Shown piece by piece: positions 28,899-37,362 of a stretch of 64,000 nt of DNA. The first letter of the stretch is position 1. The number at the start of each line of letters is the position of its first letter. A program made the translations under genes and the position numbers. Under the pieces are notes generated by a model. That model was not told the origin of the DNA, did not search any database, and saw only the letters and a program-made list of their open reading frames with translations. Location: positions 211,996 to 275,995 of the forward strand of contig JBAYJP010000001.1 in NCBI GenBank assembly GCA_041665025.1, read 5' to 3'. Origin of the DNA: Candidatus Magasanikiibacteriota bacterium. Its GTDB lineage: Bacteria; Patescibacteriota; Patescibacteriia; Magasanikbacterales; UBA922.

Positions 28899-29854
28899 AT
28901 TATTTCTGTTTTTTTCAATCTTGTTATGCTAAAGATAGCAATAAACATAATAATGGCGCCAACCCACTGTGCTAAGGTCAAAACTTTGTCATGGATAAAC
29001 CATTCCAAAATAATCGCACTGACCGGAAATACTAATTCATACATTGTCGATTGAGTAGCCGTAACTTTTTTTAATCCGTAATAATATATAAATATCGCCG
29101 TAGCTCCAGTTGTCAGAGCAATTAAAATAAATAAACCAATAAGTTTCAAATCCAACAACCCAAATCCGCTAAACCCAAGATAATTTGTTTCAACGCCCGC
29201 TTTCTTTAGCACTGCAATAACGCCAAGAACCACAATCATCACCGCCGTTGTCATAACATAACGAAGCAATGTTCCAACCCCATGACTCACATTGCTAACT
29301 GCGCGTTTTGAAAAGACAGTAGAAGAACCAAATGAAAATGCAGCAAGCACAGCTAGTAGCGCAGGTACGAGCATCCCTTGAGCGCTTAGATCAGGACGTG
29401 CAAAACCAAATGTCAGGAAATAACTTCCTATAAGCGCCACAAGAGCCCAGATGTAAAACTTTTTGTCTGGACGTTCTTTGAGAAATACAAGCGCAAGAAC
29501 AATAGCAAAAAGTGGCTGTAATTTTTGCAATAATAATACCACTGAAATATTTAATCCATTGCCATAGACCATCAAAATAGCTGCAACAATCGCCATAGTG
29601 CCGAGTGCCCCGCCAAACAAACCAACAAGTGCAAACGATACCCAATCCATTTTCTTTAATAAACTAATTTCTTGTTTTCGAGTAAAATAAAAATAGGAGA
29701 GAAAAACGAGACCTACCGCGTGCAACATAAAAACGATTGTCGGCACGTCATACAATCCCCACTTCATTATTTGCGGCGTAAAAACTACGCCGTCAAATGC
29801 CCACAAAAATGCGGCACACATGATGGACAGCGCACCAAGATACGATTTTTTCAT
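28895..29854 (-). CDS. EamA/DMT transporter, possibly RibN-like flavin transporter
   Basis: About 10 TM, LQKLQPLFAIVLALVFLKE; FMN-like aptamer upstream; AAGGA RBS. Confidence 0.8.
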   Translation of the reverse strand: MKKSYLGALSIMCAAFLWAFDGVVFTPQIMKWGLYDVPTIVFMLHAVGLVFLSYFYFTRKQEISLLKKMDWVSFALVGLFGGALGTMAIVAAILMVYGNGLNISVVLLLQKLQPLFAIVLALVFLKERPDKKFYIWALVALIGSYFLTFGFARPDLSAQGMLVPALLAVLAAFSFGSSTVFSKRAVSNVSHGVGTLLRYVMTTAVMIVVLGVIAVLKKAGVETNYLGFSGFGLLDLKLIGLFILIALTTGATAIFIYYYGLKKVTATQSTMYELVFPVSAIILEWFIHDKVLTLAQWVGAIIMFIAIFSITRLKKTEII

Positions 29855-29884
29855 ACGGTTCCTTTCACCCCGCCACGGCGAGGT

Positions 29885-30055
29885 CAATTAAGTCCCGACT
29901 AAACCACGTAGAACGTGGCGAACGGTCGGCCCACGAATCACACGTGGTCATGCTCTGTTCTTTACGAAGAACTCGGCTCGACGGCTTTACCCTAAACCAC
30001 AAGGGATTTAGGGTTTACGTCCGGTTGGCGAATATTCCACCTCAAACAAAATTAC
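29885..30055 (-). promoter_or_regulatory. FMN (RFN)-like riboswitch aptamer with deviant core
   Basis: GGUG GAAUAUU CGCC AACCGGACGU..AAAGCCGUCGAGCC..GACCACG UGUGAUU CGUGG GCCGACCGU..UAGUCGGGAC follows the RFN motif order. Confidence 0.65.
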
Positions 30056-30061
30056 GGGCTT

Positions 30062-30089
30062 GTCCGCCGTAGCCTTGGCGGAGGTGGAC
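30062..30089. repeat. GTAG-containing REP-like palindrome
   Basis: GTCCGCCGTAGCCTTGGCGGAGGTGGAC. Confidence 0.7.
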
Positions 30090-30111
30090 GCCACCCTGGA
30101 ATGAATTAGAC

Positions 30112-30180
30112 ATGTACGAAATACGAAAACTACGAAATGTACGAATTTCGAATATTTCGCAGTTTTCGTATTTCGTACAT
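30112..30180. repeat. TACGAA-family inverted repeat
   Basis: 34-nt arms, 31/34 complementary, ATGTACGAAATACG...CGTATTTCGTACAT. Confidence 0.92.
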
Positions 30181-30186
30181 AAAATA

Positions 30187-31188
30187 TTATCTAGTCGCAA
30201 GTATCGCCCGTTTATAATTATCCAAATTCTCTAACGCGATACCAGTTCCTTTTGCAACACACAGCAACGGCTCTTCGGCAACATATGTAGCAACTCCAAC
30301 TGCCTGAGCAATAAGTTCATCTAAATTTCTAAGCAAACTCGAGCCACCTGACATAATAATTCCCTTATCCATCACATCTGCAGACAATTCAGGTGGTGTT
30401 TTGTGCAGTACTTCTTTTACTGCTTCGACAAGACCTTCAAGATCACTTTGTAATGCTTCAGTCGTATCATCTGACGTTACTTTGATGGTTCGTGGAAGAC
30501 CCGTAACCATATCGCGCCCTTTTACATCCATAGAGAGCGGAGTCTGCATAAACATAGCAGAACCAACAGTAATTTTCACTTCTTCGGCGCTTCGTTCCCC
30601 AATTGCTAAGCCATATTTTCTGCGCACATAATCAGCAATAGACTGGTCAAATCGATTGCCTCCAATACGAACTGAACCAACCGATACAATACCTCCAAGG
30701 GAAATGACCGCAATTTCTGCTGTTCCACCACCAACATCAATAATCATGTGTCCTGATGGCGAGCCAATGGGAATATCCGCTCCAATTGCCGCAACAATTG
30801 GTTCTTTGATAATGTATGCGGCTTTTGCTCCTGCGGCAAGCGTTGCGTCAATGACCGCGCGTCGTTCTGTCGACGTAATACCTGCAGGCACGGCAACCAT
30901 GACCTCGGGTCGAAACAAATGAATGCCACCAATTGCTTTATTGATAAAGTATCTAAGCATTGCTTCAGTTGTTTTATAACTTGCAATCACACCATCTTTA
31001 AGCGGTCGTTCCGCAATAATACTATCAGGCGTACGCCCGATCATTTCCTTTGCTTCAGCACCAACAGCCAATACTTTTCTGTCATCTTTTGATATTGCAA
31101 CCACAGACGGCTCATTAACAACAATACCCCGTTTGGGGATAAAAACAAGAACATTCGTAGTACCGAGATCTATGCCAACCTTCTTCAT
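30187..31188 (-). CDS. mreB: Rod shape-determining protein MreB
   Basis: GIDLGT, NEPSVVA, IDVGGGT, SGGSSLL. Confidence 0.97.
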   Translation of the reverse strand: MKKVGIDLGTTNVLVFIPKRGIVVNEPSVVAISKDDRKVLAVGAEAKEMIGRTPDSIIAERPLKDGVIASYKTTEAMLRYFINKAIGGIHLFRPEVMVAVPAGITSTERRAVIDATLAAGAKAAYIIKEPIVAAIGADIPIGSPSGHMIIDVGGGTAEIAVISLGGIVSVGSVRIGGNRFDQSIADYVRRKYGLAIGERSAEEVKITVGSAMFMQTPLSMDVKGRDMVTGLPRTIKVTSDDTTEALQSDLEGLVEAVKEVLHKTPPELSADVMDKGIIMSGGSSLLRNLDELIAQAVGVATYVAEEPLLCVAKGTGIALENLDNYKRAILATR

Positions 31189-31189
31189 A

Positions 31190-31320
31190 AATTATTCTAA
31201 TTATTCTAATTAACCTAATTATTCTAAAACAAATCCCAATTTCAAATTACATTAAATGTGTATAAGAAACCTTAAAGTAATTGGTCATTTTTTAGAATAA
31301 TTAGAACAATTAGAGTAATT
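31190..31320. repeat. 9-nt period (CTAATTATT) inverted repeat
   Basis: AATTATTCT AATTATTCT AATTAACCT AATTATTCT ... AGAATAATT AGAACAATT AGAGTAATT. Confidence 0.9.
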
Positions 31321-32812
31321 AAAAATGTACATCAAAACTTCTGTCTACCCTTAGATCTGTATTCAATTCATAGATAGAATCTCCCCACTTTTCCTGCGCT
31401 TCACCAGGGTTAGCAGATGTAATAGTTTTACCAAAATCCAGGTCAAGCGTCAATGGTGGCGCAAGTGTTCCTATTTGTTTTTGAATACGTAATGTATACA
31501 AACCTTTTTCAACGAGTTCTTTTATACCATCGGGCAACTGATACATAAATTGTATATTTCCTGTATTTCCCGGTTCAATTGATACAAATACACCAAACCA
31601 TTTTTTGCCAAGTTCTGTTCCCTGATCAACGCTACTCGGTTCAAAAGTTTTTACATTCTTTCCATTGTTTACCATGACAGTCACGAGCTCTGATCCATCG
31701 GGTACAAAAATACGCGTATACGTACGATATCGTGTCGTTCGCCAATCAAATGTTCCCTTATGTACATACGTCATAGATGCAGAAGCCAAATAGCGTTCTA
31801 CCTCTGATTCATGCGCCGGAGGACGCCGCGACAATGAATAATGCAAAGAACGTTCAATAGCATGATCAGTTTTCAATGCTGCCAAATTTGCATCTGCCCA
31901 CAAAAGATAATCTCCCTCTGTATCAGCCATGGTGCCATTCCAGCCTTTTTTATCTACCATTTTTTTCAAAGATTCAGATGAGGAGTACACCACAATATGC
32001 TTTTCAGAAGCAAGTGTATTGACCATAGCCCCATATTCATCTATTCTTTTCCACGCATCATTTTTGAGCCGTGCAAGCAATTCGAGCATAAGTGGCCCCA
32101 TAATTTTTTTTCGTTCCAAAAAGTGAATACCTTTTTCATCATATCCATATTCAACTTCATATTCTAATTTTTCAGTGACGTCGTCTGCAGTAAAGGTAAT
32201 GCCGTCAATCGTAATAGGGCCAACTTTTTTCATGATTTCTTCAAGCACGGTCGTGTCTATACCTACAACGGCGTCAATATCCCCTGATTTAACTCCACCT
32301 TCTCCCGTAAATAATTCAAGGCCTTTTTTTGCGCTCTCTGCAAAATCAGGAAACCAATTACTATCTCTAAAATACCACCGATCAACTTTCAACTGCTCTC
32401 TAAGTATTGCGGGCGGTACCGGGCGCCACGAATCGGGCGTATCTCTGTCAATCCTTTCGGTTCCTTCCATTTTGTCTATCTGCATGTTTCCTTTGTCCAA
32501 AGTAACAACCGCGTATGAACCAATAAACCCGCCGCCAGGCCGCAGTTCGGTATTATTTAAAAATAATAATAAATACGTCTTTGGTTCAGAAAACCCAAGC
32601 AACTCTGGCAATGCTTCAAGCAATTCTGTCCCGCTTTCTCCAAACTGGCGCTCAACTTGCTCCCGTACAAATGGAGATTCAACAATTTGTTCCGGGGTAA
32701 TACTGCTTAACCAATGATACAAAAACCACGCACTGCCTAAAAATAGGATAGCAAAAGCAAGTAATATCCATGGCCACTTTGGCGGTTTTCGTTCAAAGGG
32801 GTTATTAAACAT
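31319..32812 (-). CDS. DUF4012 domain protein
   Basis: TYLLLFLNNTELRPGGGFIGSY, RDSNWFPDF. Confidence 0.88.
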   Translation of the reverse strand: MFNNPFERKPPKWPWILLAFAILFLGSAWFLYHWLSSITPEQIVESPFVREQVERQFGESGTELLEALPELLGFSEPKTYLLLFLNNTELRPGGGFIGSYAVVTLDKGNMQIDKMEGTERIDRDTPDSWRPVPPAILREQLKVDRWYFRDSNWFPDFAESAKKGLELFTGEGGVKSGDIDAVVGIDTTVLEEIMKKVGPITIDGITFTADDVTEKLEYEVEYGYDEKGIHFLERKKIMGPLMLELLARLKNDAWKRIDEYGAMVNTLASEKHIVVYSSSESLKKMVDKKGWNGTMADTEGDYLLWADANLAALKTDHAIERSLHYSLSRRPPAHESEVERYLASASMTYVHKGTFDWRTTRYRTYTRIFVPDGSELVTVMVNNGKNVKTFEPSSVDQGTELGKKWFGVFVSIEPGNTGNIQFMYQLPDGIKELVEKGLYTLRIQKQIGTLAPPLTLDLDFGKTITSANPGEAQEKWGDSIYELNTDLRVDRSFDVHF

Positions 32813-32836
32813 ATATTTTAAAAAAACGGAAAAAAA

Positions 32837-34324
32837 TTATAGTCTTTTTTTCTGCGAAATATTAAATCCAAGGTATTTTCCAAACATCAGGTGGGTTACT
32901 GCGTCAATTGCAGGAATGGCCGCGACCACAATCATCGTTACAGGCAAAAGCGCCCATTGCAATAACATTATAATATATTTGTGTCTCGGATGCGACTCAG
33001 GACGGCGCGGTAGAAGTGGCAAGCTCAGTAGTGCAGAACACAACAACCCTAACATTGCCATAAGCATAAGCTTTTCGAGTAGATGAGGCGCATTAAAAAA
33101 CAACGCACTTTGTTTCACTTCTGGCGACGCAACCCACATAGGCAATCGGCCAAGTATGGTAATAAGAAGCGCTGCCAAACACCACGACCACTTCCCTTCC
33201 CATTCTATAAAAATCCACTTAAATTTTTTCCACCAGGGAATTAATTTTCCTTTTTTACGAAATTCCCACAACAGATAAGGCACATGTTCAGTCCCCCACG
33301 CCCATCGACGTTGTTGCAAGTATAAATTTTTTATACTTTGCCACCAATTATCATCGCGTACCGTATCCATAGATACGGGCAAATACATAGGAGTAACTTC
33401 ATACCTCCCGTTATACGCAAGCAGGCATTGATAAAAAATACGCGAATCCTCGCTTACAATACGCTTCTCATGAAAACCAACATCGACAATCGCTTTGAAA
33501 CTCATAGAGTGAGATGAAAACGTCACCAGAGCATCCTGACGCGCGAGAGTCGTCATCATCCAAAACGTCGTGCCAAATGCCATAATCCTAAGTATTGCCG
33601 GAGACTCCCACATATTATTGTCATAGAGAGCAATAGGTTGAAATGAACTGCGCGTTGGGTTTGGGTGCGTACAATAAAGATAGGTGAGATAGGCAAAATA
33701 CTGCGGGTGACATACCGTATCAATATCAAAGATAGTGGCAATCACATCTGCGTAATTCCATCCGCGCGCGTCAATATATTTTTTTATCTGGCTTTCTGCA
33801 AAGTGTAGGTTTGATCCCTTTCCTGGAATCTCTCCGGGCAATCCAAATGGGTGCAACGTAAATACAATATCTAAGAAACACGTGCTAAATGTCTGCTTTA
33901 CATTATGATATATCATCTCACAATGCTCTTTATTACGCTCTTCACCTGCAATCACAATAACAAACCGTGATGAATCATATGACGATGTACAAACACTTTT
34001 GACCGCAGTTTCCACCACGTCCCATGTTTCATTATAAACCGTCAAAAACACTACGTGCCATTTTGTTTTTGCTTGTGGTATTTCGTGTTGTAATGCATCT
34101 TTCCAATCAACTTTTCTAACTCGTGAAAATCTAAACCACGAGACCGTAAGGTAAAAAGAAAAATTTATAACTTTCAAAACCCAATAAATATCAAATAATA
34201 TAATGGCATAAATCATCCACAACGGCTCAAAAAAAGTCAAAACAACTGACACGAGTAATGTCAGCCATATCGAGAGGCCAGGAAGTATTTCGTAGAGACG
34301 ATAACGTTGGTAATCAGTAAGCAT
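32837..34324 (-). CDS. Membrane glycosyltransferase family 2
   Basis: GKGSN, FDID, VSED, QQRRWAWG. Confidence 0.9.
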   Translation of the reverse strand: MLTDYQRYRLYEILPGLSIWLTLLVSVVLTFFEPLWMIYAIILFDIYWVLKVINFSFYLTVSWFRFSRVRKVDWKDALQHEIPQAKTKWHVVFLTVYNETWDVVETAVKSVCTSSYDSSRFVIVIAGEERNKEHCEMIYHNVKQTFSTCFLDIVFTLHPFGLPGEIPGKGSNLHFAESQIKKYIDARGWNYADVIATIFDIDTVCHPQYFAYLTYLYCTHPNPTRSSFQPIALYDNNMWESPAILRIMAFGTTFWMMTTLARQDALVTFSSHSMSFKAIVDVGFHEKRIVSEDSRIFYQCLLAYNGRYEVTPMYLPVSMDTVRDDNWWQSIKNLYLQQRRWAWGTEHVPYLLWEFRKKGKLIPWWKKFKWIFIEWEGKWSWCLAALLITILGRLPMWVASPEVKQSALFFNAPHLLEKLMLMAMLGLLCSALLSLPLLPRRPESHPRHKYIIMLLQWALLPVTMIVVAAIPAIDAVTHLMFGKYLGFNISQKKRL

Positions 34325-34445
34325 AATTGTAATTTGTAATTTGAAATTTTTAATTTAAAAACAATGACAAATTTTTAATATTTCAATATTTAAAATTGCG
34401 TCATTTCAAATTGTTTAAAAATTGTGAATTGTAAATTTCAAATTA
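34325..34445. repeat. AATTTnn heptamer inverted repeat
   Basis: AATTTGT AATTTGA AATTTTT AATTTAA AAACAAT ... ATTGTTT AAAAATT GTGAATT GTAAATT TCAAATT. Confidence 0.85.
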
Positions 34446-34718
34446 CCAAACTATTTTAAATTCTCCAAACTCCGCGCTTCCAACATCCATCCATACCTCA
34501 TCTACTTGTTCAACTTTGGCCCATTGGGTTCCTATTCTACACCATTCAAGCATTTTTTTCAACGCGTCTTCATTTCCCTGAGCCACAACTTCTACACTCC
34601 TATCCGGCATATTTTTTACATAACCAACAAGACCGAGCTCCTCTGCTTTTTCTTTTGCTGTTTCACGAAAAAATACCCCCTGTACTTTGCCATGAATGGT
34701 GAGGTGAAGTTGTTTCAT
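34443..34718 (-). CDS. acyP: Acylphosphatase
   Basis: GKVQGVFFR, GYVKN..D.SVEVVAQG. Confidence 0.95.
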   Translation of the reverse strand: MKQLHLTIHGKVQGVFFRETAKEKAEELGLVGYVKNMPDRSVEVVAQGNEDALKKMLEWCRIGTQWAKVEQVDEVWMDVGSAEFGEFKIVW

Positions 34719-36103
34719 AGTTTTCTTATAACACCTTTTTCCGCGTCCACTTCTACCACATCGCCGTCTCTAAAGACTTGCGTCGCGATTTTAGTCCCCA
34801 CAATACAGGGCTTTTTAAATTCTCGGGCAACAATTGCGGCATGGCTGGCAATACCTCCCTCGTCAGTAACAAAAGCAACGGCTTTTCTCATTCCTTGTAA
34901 ATAATTTGGATGTGTGGTGTTTGCAATTAATACGTCACCTGCCTCAATACGTTTTATATCATGATGGTTGCGTATAATTCGAACCATTCCAGATACAATA
35001 CCCAACTGTGCAACGATACCTTTGACTTCGCGTTTTGATCCAATGTTTTCTGCACTCAAAATCGCTTTCTCATACTTTGAAGGCAAACCAGGAAATATCT
35101 GCAACTTCTGTTTGGCCACATTCATGGTGAAAATAAAATCTTTGTCCTTTCTTTGTTCAGTCAAATGACTCGGCCATTCATTGTTTCTTAGGCTTTCTCC
35201 TATTTCATCCAACGTCAAATATGCCAAATCATTATATTCAATTTGAAAATGGCCTGCAATCAAAATAAAAAGAAAATTCCATGCATACGCCTGCTCTCGA
35301 CGCAAATCATCTCGCCAATCTTTGAAAAAAATAATATATGGGGCTAAATCAATAAATTTTTTCTGCACAACACTAGGGCTCAATAATTTTATCAATTTAT
35401 TTCTGCTCACCATCTCAATGGGAACCGGAGGTTGTGCAGTACTCATAATCCATTCTTCTGTTATAGGCTGGTACCATACGACGGTCCATGCACGCAAAAA
35501 TTGATATTTTTTGATAAGTTTTTCGATTGAGATCCCTCGCGTTAATTCTCTACCCAGCTTCCCAATCGCAGTTTCTTTCCACGGCTTGAGACACGTGTTT
35601 ATAATTATTTCATACTTGTCTCGCAAATTATTTTTATCTATGAGACGTTCGAGTTCATCCTCAAAATCATGCTGCCAAGCCTCCAAGGCCCACCAAGGCA
35701 TGATGCTATAGTTAAAATTAACAAAATCAAAATCTTTTCTAAATTGTTTAAAAACCTTTAGCAAACCTAGTGACGAAATATTATGTTGTAATACTTTTCT
35801 CCACTTCTTCGTCGTCTCATGGGTATGCACAAGAAATTTCAAACCTTTGTGATATGATGAAATAATTTTTTTGGGAGTATTAAAATATTTTTGATACAAC
35901 ATCCTCCCCACTTTCCGAGGATCAACAACTCCACGCCTATAATATGTAAAATGTTTATCTTTAAAATAACCAAATAAATATTCGTCTTTTTTACGAGTCA
36001 TGCCCCAAATTTCTTTATACGCAGTCGACAACACACCGCAAAACGTAGACACATCACAATTTTTACGTATAAAAATTTTTTCCCATTGATATTGGTGCCC
36101 CAT
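34715..36103 (-). CDS. PEP-utilising mobile (phosphohistidine) domain protein
   Basis: VTDEGGIASHAAIVAREFKKPCIVG at the C-terminus, no recognisable ATP-grasp domain. Confidence 0.85.
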   Translation of the reverse strand: MGHQYQWEKIFIRKNCDVSTFCGVLSTAYKEIWGMTRKKDEYLFGYFKDKHFTYYRRGVVDPRKVGRMLYQKYFNTPKKIISSYHKGLKFLVHTHETTKKWRKVLQHNISSLGLLKVFKQFRKDFDFVNFNYSIMPWWALEAWQHDFEDELERLIDKNNLRDKYEIIINTCLKPWKETAIGKLGRELTRGISIEKLIKKYQFLRAWTVVWYQPITEEWIMSTAQPPVPIEMVSRNKLIKLLSPSVVQKKFIDLAPYIIFFKDWRDDLRREQAYAWNFLFILIAGHFQIEYNDLAYLTLDEIGESLRNNEWPSHLTEQRKDKDFIFTMNVAKQKLQIFPGLPSKYEKAILSAENIGSKREVKGIVAQLGIVSGMVRIIRNHHDIKRIEAGDVLIANTTHPNYLQGMRKAVAFVTDEGGIASHAAIVAREFKKPCIVGTKIATQVFRDGDVVEVDAEKGVIRKL

Positions 36104-36127
36104 ACCTCAAAAAAATCAAGCTGTTAC

Positions 36128-36514
36128 TTATTTCTTCTTCCCCAAATTCGGCTCTCCTGAATACGTCGCCGAAATATACTGCCCCTTAGCCTGTTTAAGT
36201 AATTCAGGTATTAATTCTTGAACTTTATCAGCCTGCTCGACCGAAATCGCCAAAAGAGGAATCTGTTTCACGTACGCAAATGTATTTGCCACCACGCATG
36301 CGATTCTTGTACTTGTAAATGATCCCGTTCCTACAACGACAATAATACCATCTATCTTCCTATTGGCTATTGGCTTTTGGCTATGAACTAATGAATCAAT
36401 ACAAAAAAGAAGCTCGCGATTACGACCCTCAAAGGTTTTGTCTGTACGCGTTTGTTCATCAAAAAGAGCGAGATGAATCGCGTCTCTGGAAGACATGTCG
36501 ATAAGTAAAAACAT
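36128..36514 (-). CDS. tsaB: Short TsaB-like protein
   Basis: LLIDMS, GTGSFTSTRI; start at 36514 lies inside the heptamer arm. Confidence 0.75.
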   Translation of the reverse strand: MFLLIDMSSRDAIHLALFDEQTRTDKTFEGRNRELLFCIDSLVHSQKPIANRKIDGIIVVVGTGSFTSTRIACVVANTFAYVKQIPLLAISVEQADKVQELIPELLKQAKGQYISATYSGEPNLGKKK

Positions 36515-36595
36515 AACACATAACACATAACACATAACAATTGCGTAACAAATTCGGTATGTTTGATATGTGTTACGTGTTATGTGATACGTGAA
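36510..36595. repeat. CATAACA heptamer inverted repeat
   Basis: (ACATAAC)x4 ... TATGTGT TACGTGT TATGTGA TACGTGA. Confidence 0.9.
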
Positions 36596-36597
36596 AA

Positions 36598-37191
36598 TTA
36601 TACACCCAACTCATTAACCACTTTCAAATGGTCTGCTTCAAACACCGCATACAAAAACTTATCCATAATGTATCTGCGGTCAGTAAACTCCTGAATACTC
36701 ATGACCGTGTAGCGGATTGTCTGCCCCAAATCAGTTTCGTACTGTTCGATGAGTTTGGTAAGCGTACGAGGTTTAATAGAACCCACAATGAGAAGGTCGG
36801 TCGGTGCACGTTGGTCGGTGGTAAAGACACCGGTAAAAATAAGTAATTTAATTTCTCCCGCCGCAGTAGCCAGGGCATCCATAAATTTTTGCTGTCCAAT
36901 AACTTTGTCCTTGAGAAGCAACGCTTGGAGCTCTGAGTAAATTATTGATTCAATATTCAACTGATAATACTTGCGCAATGTCGTACCCGCAATCATGGGA
37001 TCTTTTTCTTGGTCTTCTTTTTCCATCAAAATATCCAAAGATTTAAGCAGTTCCAGCTCTCTGCGGACCGCGTTTATCTGTACGCCTATTTCTCGCGAAA
37101 GCTCCCGAACAAAAAAAGTACGCTTCGGTTCACGAAAAAAAAGCTTCAATAACTTAATGCGTGTCTTTGAACCAAAAAGGTGTTCAAGCAT
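36598..37191 (-). CDS. Winged-helix protein with nucleotidyltransferase-like C-terminal domain
   Basis: LFGSKTRIKLL, FFVRELSR, NAVRRELELL; TDLLIVG. Confidence 0.75.
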   Translation of the reverse strand: MLEHLFGSKTRIKLLKLFFREPKRTFFVRELSREIGVQINAVRRELELLKSLDILMEKEDQEKDPMIAGTTLRKYYQLNIESIIYSELQALLLKDKVIGQQKFMDALATAAGEIKLLIFTGVFTTDQRAPTDLLIVGSIKPRTLTKLIEQYETDLGQTIRYTVMSIQEFTDRRYIMDKFLYAVFEADHLKVVNELGV

Positions 37192-37362
37192 ACTGTCTTA
37201 ATCAAAAGTCTATATACACTAGCCATACGTCTATTGTAAACCAAATCTCCTTATTTATCAATGTCTGTGTCTATAGCTTGGCAATTGAATAGTTTTTTAG
37301 TATACTACGCTCTATAAGAGATAACGTCAAAAAATGGAATCTAGGATTTCCACCTGGTACCT

